DNA of 64,000 bases. Source: Octopus sinensis (lineage: Eukaryota). The DNA is taken from assembly GCF_006345805.1 (NCBI RefSeq), contig NC_043014.1, forward strand, positions 53,630,001-53,694,000. The letters are read 5' to 3'. This document shows positions 1-64,000 of the stretch, in pieces. Under the pieces are notes generated by a model. That model saw nothing but the letters and a program-made list of their open reading frames with translations, was not told the origin of the DNA and searched no databases. The translations under genes were made by a program, and so were the position numbers. Numbering within the stretch: position 1 is the first letter of the stretch; every line of letters begins with the position of its first letter.

Positions 1-710
1 GAAAGGGTTTGCTGGAAATCTCCTGAAAGCAATAGAGTTACACCACCCATAGAAGCTGTAGAGTCCCTGATACCTTTCAGTGACCGGTCCAGTGCCTCAA
101 GTGCACCCTTATTGGTCATTGTGCATTCATCCCATACAATGAGACGGCACTGTCTAAGAACTTCAGCTTCCTCTGAATTTTTGCCAATGTTGCAAGTAGG
201 AACCTTGGCCCTCACCAAATGTAAAGGCAGCTTGAATGCCGAGTACACCATCCTACCTCCCGGCAATGACGTAGCAGCAATTCCTGAGGAAGCAACGGCT
301 AGCACAATTTGTTTCTCACGACGTATCTTAGCAAGTATTAATTGTGTTACAAAGGATTTGCCGATACCTCTAGCAGCATCGAGGAAAAAAATGCTGCCCA
401 CCTGTTTTTCAACAGCACTGATGAGAGTTTTGTACACCAGTTTCTGATCAGGGAGCAATTTCAGTTCATTTACTCTCAGGTACTCCGCAAGGCCATCAGT
501 GTCTTATGACAACTCCAGAAGTAACTTTGGTGGGAGTATGTTAATGTCATGTTGCAATGAGGATGGCAAACTGAATGTGTTCAATGCTGCCATTTTGAGC
601 AGGGCATCCTCAATTTCAATCAACGCATTATTGTAGATCAGGTCATTGTATCCAATGTCAGCATTAGGGCACTGTTGCTTTGCCAGTCACCATTTGCCTT
701 AACCACCAAG
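1..710 (-). mobile_element. Helitron-type PIF1 helicase fragment
   Basis: Minus-strand frame reads ..LLPDQKLVYKTLISAVEKQVGSIFFLDAARGIGKSF..LAVASSGIAATSLPGG..AFKLPL..IVWDECTM..LEALDRSL..GGVTLLLSGDFQQTL (SF1B helicase motifs) and runs off the window edge; upstream part is frameshifted. Confidence 0.9.
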
Positions 711-846
711 AAAGCAAAATTACATACAGAGGATTTCATAAACAGAAATGAATGGAAAAAATGGTTTTAGATTAAATTTTTGCATGATTTTCATTAAGAA
801 AATAAAACAACATCAGCATTTCCACACACAAAAATTGAATACTTAC

Positions 847-58756
<57,910 letters not shown>

Positions 58757-59269
58757 AAGCATGAAGTGTGTGAGTGAATGACAGATAGAAAGAGAACAGG
58801 AGAGATAAGAGGGAAAAAGAGAGAGGAGAGAGTGGAAGAAATGAAGAACAATAAATAAAAGTGGGAGGGTGTGGATAAAGCTTAAAATAATTAGGTAGAA
58901 GGGGAGTAGAGTGCAATATAAAAAGAGGAGGCGGAGGAGGAGGGAGAGTGAAAGAGTGAAGTAAATAGATTTGGTTAAAAAAGAATGAAAAGATAGGAAA
59001 AAGAATAGGAAACTGAAAAGCAGATGAGAGAGAGAGAGAGAAAAGGCGGACTAGAAAGAAGGGGGAGATGGGTTAGAAGGAAAGACAAAGAAAGTGAAAG
59101 GAAAGATAATAAAGAGAAAGAGAAAAGAAGTAGAAAGAAAGAAAGAGAGAAGGAAGAAGAAAGAAGCAAAGCAGGAAAAAGAAAACGGAAAGGAGATAGA
59201 AAGATCAAGATATATTTCTTTTCTACCCACAAGGGGCTAAACACAGAGGGACAAACAAGGACAGACAAA

Positions 59270-59428
59270 CGGATTACATCGACCCCAGTGTGTAACTGGT
59301 ACTTAATTTATTGACCCCGAAAGGATGAAAGGCAATGGCGACCTCAGCGGAATTTGAACTCAGAACGTAACGGCAGACGCAATATGGCTACACATTTCAC
59401 CCGCAGCGCTAACGTTTCTGCCAGCTCA
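59270..59428 (-). mobile_element. SINE, third family (core CCTTTCATCCTTTCGGGGTCAATAAATTAAGTACCAG)
   Basis: tRNA-like head with GAGTTCAAATTCC B-box; many decayed relatives. Confidence 0.8.
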
Positions 59429-59739
59429 AAGACTGAGTGGTCAGTGAGAGAATGCGAGAAAAAGAGTGGAAGAGGGAGATAGAAAAGGATAAAGACCGGA
59501 AAAAAAAAGAGAGAGAGAGAAGAAAGAAAATTGAAAGAAGATAGAGAGGGGGATAAGATAGAGATAAAAGATAAAAGTGATAAGTGAATGATTGAAAGGA
59601 TTGAGAACAGATGAAGAGCAAATGTGTTTAATTGGAGAGAGTGGGCAGAGATGTGAATTTGGTGAAAGTGGAGTGATCTAACAAGAGAGAGAGATCGACA
59701 GAATTACCGGCACTGTAGCCAGGGCCGGGGGGTTTCAAC

Positions 59740-60580
59740 AGATTCTTACAACAACATCTTCGAATTCTACATCATTTGCCATAATCACAATATTTTGCTG
59801 AACTTAAGTTGGACTTTCTGTGGAAAACTTGTAAGTCACGGACACAGTTTGGTGATGCATTTCCAAGCACCAATATTAAGCGAAGGATTCACTTCCGCCC
59901 ATGACTCGGCTATGTTATCTTCAGAATTTATTATGCTGAACTTAATACTGAAGTCCTTAACTGCAGGCTCATCCTGCTCATCAGTTACTTTCATGACCTG
60001 TACAAAGGTTTTCGTTGGCAATATCTAAGAAGTCAGTTATCAGGCCTTGATTCATTGGCCGGAGAAAAAAGAAGGCTCGTAGCCATCCAAACCACAATCA
60101 GATTAAACCATAGTGTAGATTCTGAGGGTCCTCGAATTTTCAGTGTGATTCACCTGTCGGAACTTTGGATATTTTATGTTACAAGCAATATAACTTCCCC
60201 CGACAATTTCTTTCATCTCCTCAGGATAATTATTGGCAACCTCAGTGGCAGTTTCAGCGGTCATTTAATATCGTACAAATTAAAGTGCCTCATAAACTGT
60301 TGCTCATAAACCCTTTTTTTTTTTTTTGGCAACATGACGAGTTTTGCTCGCCATATTGCAAGAAAGGTTCTTCTTTGATTGAAAAACGTAATCCAATATC
60401 ATCCCTTGACAACAACAACAAAAGCCTTGTAGTACTTAGCTACATCTCTTTCCTGCTCCATAAAATGCACTATCAACCAAATACTGGTATTGCTTCGATC
60501 TACTGCAGCCCCATCCTCATCCTAATTTGTTTCTGCATTTCGATGTTAGAGATTTGTATTCATATTCACTGATGGCATTT
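59740..60580 (-). mobile_element. Tigger/pogo-like transposase relic
   Basis: ..RHFNLYDIK..E.ATE..NNYPEEMKEIV.. and ..NIAESWAEV...GAWK..KLCP.. across frameshifts. Confidence 0.65.
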
Positions 60581-60859
60581 GTTCTGTGACATATAAATAT
60601 AAGTTAATGTTAACACACTTAATACCGGGAACACTAAAAAGGCTTCGCTAATGAGTTCATAATAATATTGAAACAGTCACGAGTGTCTCTTGTACTTGCT
60701 GAAATATTGATGAATTAGACTGATGTTGGCCATACGCTAATACCGTTCTTTTCTTCTGCATATTTATTTCTAGTGAGATTTTAAATTTCATATGTTAACA
60801 AATACTCAACATTGCAAAGATTGTATCCCTAAGATTAGCTTTCCTCTTTGGGACAAGAA

Positions 60860-61310
60860 AATACTCCACCCACTCAAATACCATAACAAACAAAAAAAAA
60901 AACTACTAATCTTCTACAAAGTTCAAGTGAGACTCACAGTGAAGTTCTGCTCTCACATCTGGAACAGTGCTGCTGTTAAACATACAAACACCCTAGACTG
61001 CACTCCACCTCCATCAAGTAGGGTAATCCAACAGATTGGCTTAAAGTCGCTAGCCAGCATATTCCAGCACTAATTTCACACAGTCTTCCCTCTCTACTGC
61101 ACCTATGGTGGCTTCTGATCCTTAGAGCAAGCTGGTCTCATGCTGTTTCATTCGTTTCTGGTCCACTCATCACTAAAACTGTGTCCTCCCCACCACACCC
61201 TACACCACTTCACCAATTTCTTCCTTCTCAGAACGTGGACCCTCTGGAATTTCCTTCTTGTCCATGTTTTCCATGCAGCCGTCAACTTACATCTATTCTA
61301 GAGAAACATT
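60860..61310 (+). mobile_element. CR1/L2-group LINE RT C-terminal relic
   Basis: LLIFYKVQVRLTVKFCSHIWN..LD.., later RTW.LWN.L. Confidence 0.6.
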
Positions 61311-61850
61311 AACTGAATCGGTCTCACGTTCTGAGGGGAGCTGGCTTACAATTGTCACAACCCCACCCCACCCCATAAGACTTTAACTCCTCCCACGAAA
61401 AGAAAAAATAATTGATGTTTGCACTAAATGTAAGATATATAAGCGTACAAAATAAAAGTCTTTAAAAATTAGCAAAACAGAAGTGGGCAACAGCTCGTGC
61501 AAGCTAACAGTCTAGTAATGTTCTAAGTCGTCCAGCTAAAGTAGATCTTTAAGTGAAAACCGGAAGCTGAAGCATACGCCTAGAAGATATATTTACTTAT
61601 TTCATTTAAACAACATATTTGCATTAAAGTAATAGGAATGTCGCCTGCCAAGTCAATATGAAACCATAGACTAATCAGTCTAGTTGTCAGCACACTGATC
61701 CACATCCCTTTTCAATGGAAAAATATACAAAATTTATTAAGTGGTAAACTTGACCCTTCATCTATCTGTAGTTTCACTATCACCATCTGGTACTTGAGTG
61801 GTGCAAGCATTTGTGTTAAGCCTCCAGTGTGCGGAAAACCTCCTCTAACT

Positions 61851-62247
61851 CAGAGGTTCCCAACCGGTGCGGCGGAAGAGGATAGCGGGTGAGGCGGCAC
61901 GATTGAAAAACAAAAGATTTAGAAAGAGTTTTAAAAATTCATAGATATGAATTCAAAATTTTAAATATTATTATGGATTACTTGTAATTGCATGCATGAG
62001 TCCCAGAATAAATAGTTATAAATAATTATTGACCGATTTTATCATTGGGATATTTTTACATTATATAAAGTATTAAGAATATAGTAACTAGGGTCCGCAA
62101 ATTAGAGGAGAGAATTATCAATGATAATGTTCCGACTTCGAATCCGCAGTTATCTCCCTTCAACGCTCGCCCTGGCCCTTTGGTGAAGCGCCAACAGATT
62201 TTCATTCTGAAAATGTGGCCCAGAGAAAAGTAGTTTGGGAACCACTG
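61851..62247. mobile_element. hAT (Charlie-type) MITE, 397 bp
   Basis: TIRs CAGAGGTTCCCAAC / GTTTGGGAACCACTG with perfect 8-bp TSD CTCTAACT (61843-50, 62248-55). Confidence 0.93.
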
Positions 62248-63384
62248 CTCTAACTAATCACGAAGGCTTTGACCCTTAGTCCGTTGACTAAGCCACCAAG
62301 AGAAGATAAACAAAGCAGAAAAGGAATCAATTGAGGTGGTAATGTGAGACGAAGAGAAAAAGGGAACATGTGAGAGCAAACGGGGGCATGTCTACATCTC
62401 CTAAGAATGAACTGCGGCTCCGTGGAATCGCTGTACAATCTTGTAAATAGGGAAACTATTGTGTATTACAGCGATTCACGACATTGATTATCGGCTCACA
62501 GCCCCTTTGCCTTTACGCCTTATCCCATTGCCTCTTCTTTCCGTACGTATTGTATAGAATTACTCAAAATAGTGTCACACATCACTATAGACGATTATAA
62601 CTCGGGTGATTAGAAAAGGTGTAACAATAAACTTGATTACTTTCCGAGAATACTTTTATTCATAGTACCTGTCAATCATAATTTCTTCTACTTCACCTCC
62701 TGGAGGAGAGGGGTAATCTCAGAGTTTTAGTTCGTTGGTGAAACGATTCGTTCCTGGATTTCCAACAAGGAATTGAAACTGCAGCATAAATGTTTCTGCT
62801 GACTTCTTTCCATTCTCCTGTCAAAAGCACTTCAAAATTTATGAGTCATCTGTTAACCTCTTGACATTCTTGGATCAAGATCAGTTCAAATTAGAAAAAT
62901 GACGAAATAACCTTGTTCTCTCGACCTACTTTCCTAAGGAAATTATTAAAAATACGGAACCCTAACAGAATTCTTTCTCTCTTTCTATCCGGTACTTACC
63001 TGTTTTCTTTCCTCAAATGACCACAGCTATCTACACCAGCAACAGAAAGTCTTTATGCATTAACAACTCGAAGTAGTTGTATACTGTGACGGTAACTAAA
63101 AGCTATTTTAATCGTTGTTTTTTTCTTGTCATTTATACCTATCGCCACTGCTTCAATTACATTCCTGGTGACCTTCGGTACTTCTTTCTAACCAACATAC
63201 AGTTGCACTGGTGTAATTGATCTTAGTAGCCTAGGCACCCGGCCTGCACATTAACACTCAATTTTTCATTCAATCCATTTATATCTATTACAGAAGTACA
63301 GCATAAACGAAGAAGCAGGTCAGTGACAAAAGCTAAAACTGGCTACAAGGGCAGCCTGTGGTTCTCGTAACTCTAAGAACAAAA

Positions 63385-64000
63385 CCGCAAGGATCTTTTC
63401 CTTTTGAACGGCAGTTTTCAACACAATTTCTAGTTAACTAAACACTTTTAAACTTCGTATACTGGTAGAATGTGTCAAAATAAAACATTTTTTTCTCTTG
63501 GCTTTCTTGAGAAAATTGTAATTTGTAAGTTTAACGTAGTTTAATGTTTCGAATTTTAACCAATCAATGGCCTCTATTGAGCTAAAATCATTTGCTGCAT
63601 CTAAAACAGACAACATCCTGTCACTAACCCTAAATTTTAGCCTTTCGTTTTTTTTTTCTTAATTGTTAAATTAATTTAAGGATAACAATTAAGTAAAAAA
63701 AAACGAAAGCAATGGAAAATAATTTTAATTTAACAATTAAGAAAAAAAAAAACGAAAGGCTAAAACGAAAAATCCTATGGCCTCTATTGAGCTAAAATCA
63801 TTTGCTGCGTCTAAAACAGACATCCTGTCACTAACCCTAACCCTCACCCAAACCCTAAATTTTAGCCTTTCGTTTTTTTTTTCTTAATTGTTAAATTGAT
63901 TTAAGGATAACAATTAACAAAAAAAAAACAAAAACGGAAGCAATGGAAAATAATTTTAATTTAACAATTAAGAAAAAAAAAACGAAAGCAAAAACTCAAA
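63385..64000 (+). repeat. TAACCC-bearing repeat with tandemly duplicated ~210-bp 3' unit containing a 40-bp hairpin
   Basis: Unit starts tggcctctattgagc at ~63568 and ~63778; IR 63635-63673 / 63726-63765. Confidence 0.9.

Noticed and set aside
59024-59314. 96-aa R/K/E-rich ORF, and similar ORFs at 5090-5391, 5973-6161, 36376-36732, 58270-58916
   Set aside because: Translations of purine-rich or microsatellite low-complexity DNA

Overview
AT-rich animal genomic DNA with dense microsatellites. The SINE/LINE/DNA-transposon content resembles a coleoid cephalopod (octopus-like); this is inference, not checked. One host gene spans most of the window on the minus strand: a 'long' ABCC/MRP transporter (ABCC1/MRP1-like). 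I traced 21 coding exons by hand from the ATG exon (58756-58712) to exon 21 (1084-847). All have GT-AG boundaries and consistent phases, total 3,094 nt (~1,031 codons), and cover TMD0, L0, TMD1, NBD1 and the start of TMD2; the gene continues past position 1. The introns are full of mobile DNA: a young RTE LINE with an uninterrupted 828-aa ORF carrying a PHD-type C4HC3 finger inside the RT, other LINE relics, mariner/Tc1/Tigger/hAT elements, a Helitron helicase fragment, a probable solo LTR nested in a mariner, tRNA-derived SINEs and several long fold-back elements. Less obvious signals are two hammerhead-ribozyme-like motifs, a loop-less 70-bp palindrome, loss of MRP1 substrate-pocket aromatic residues, and a SINE head found with two different tails. 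No rRNA, true tRNA or CRISPR array was found.
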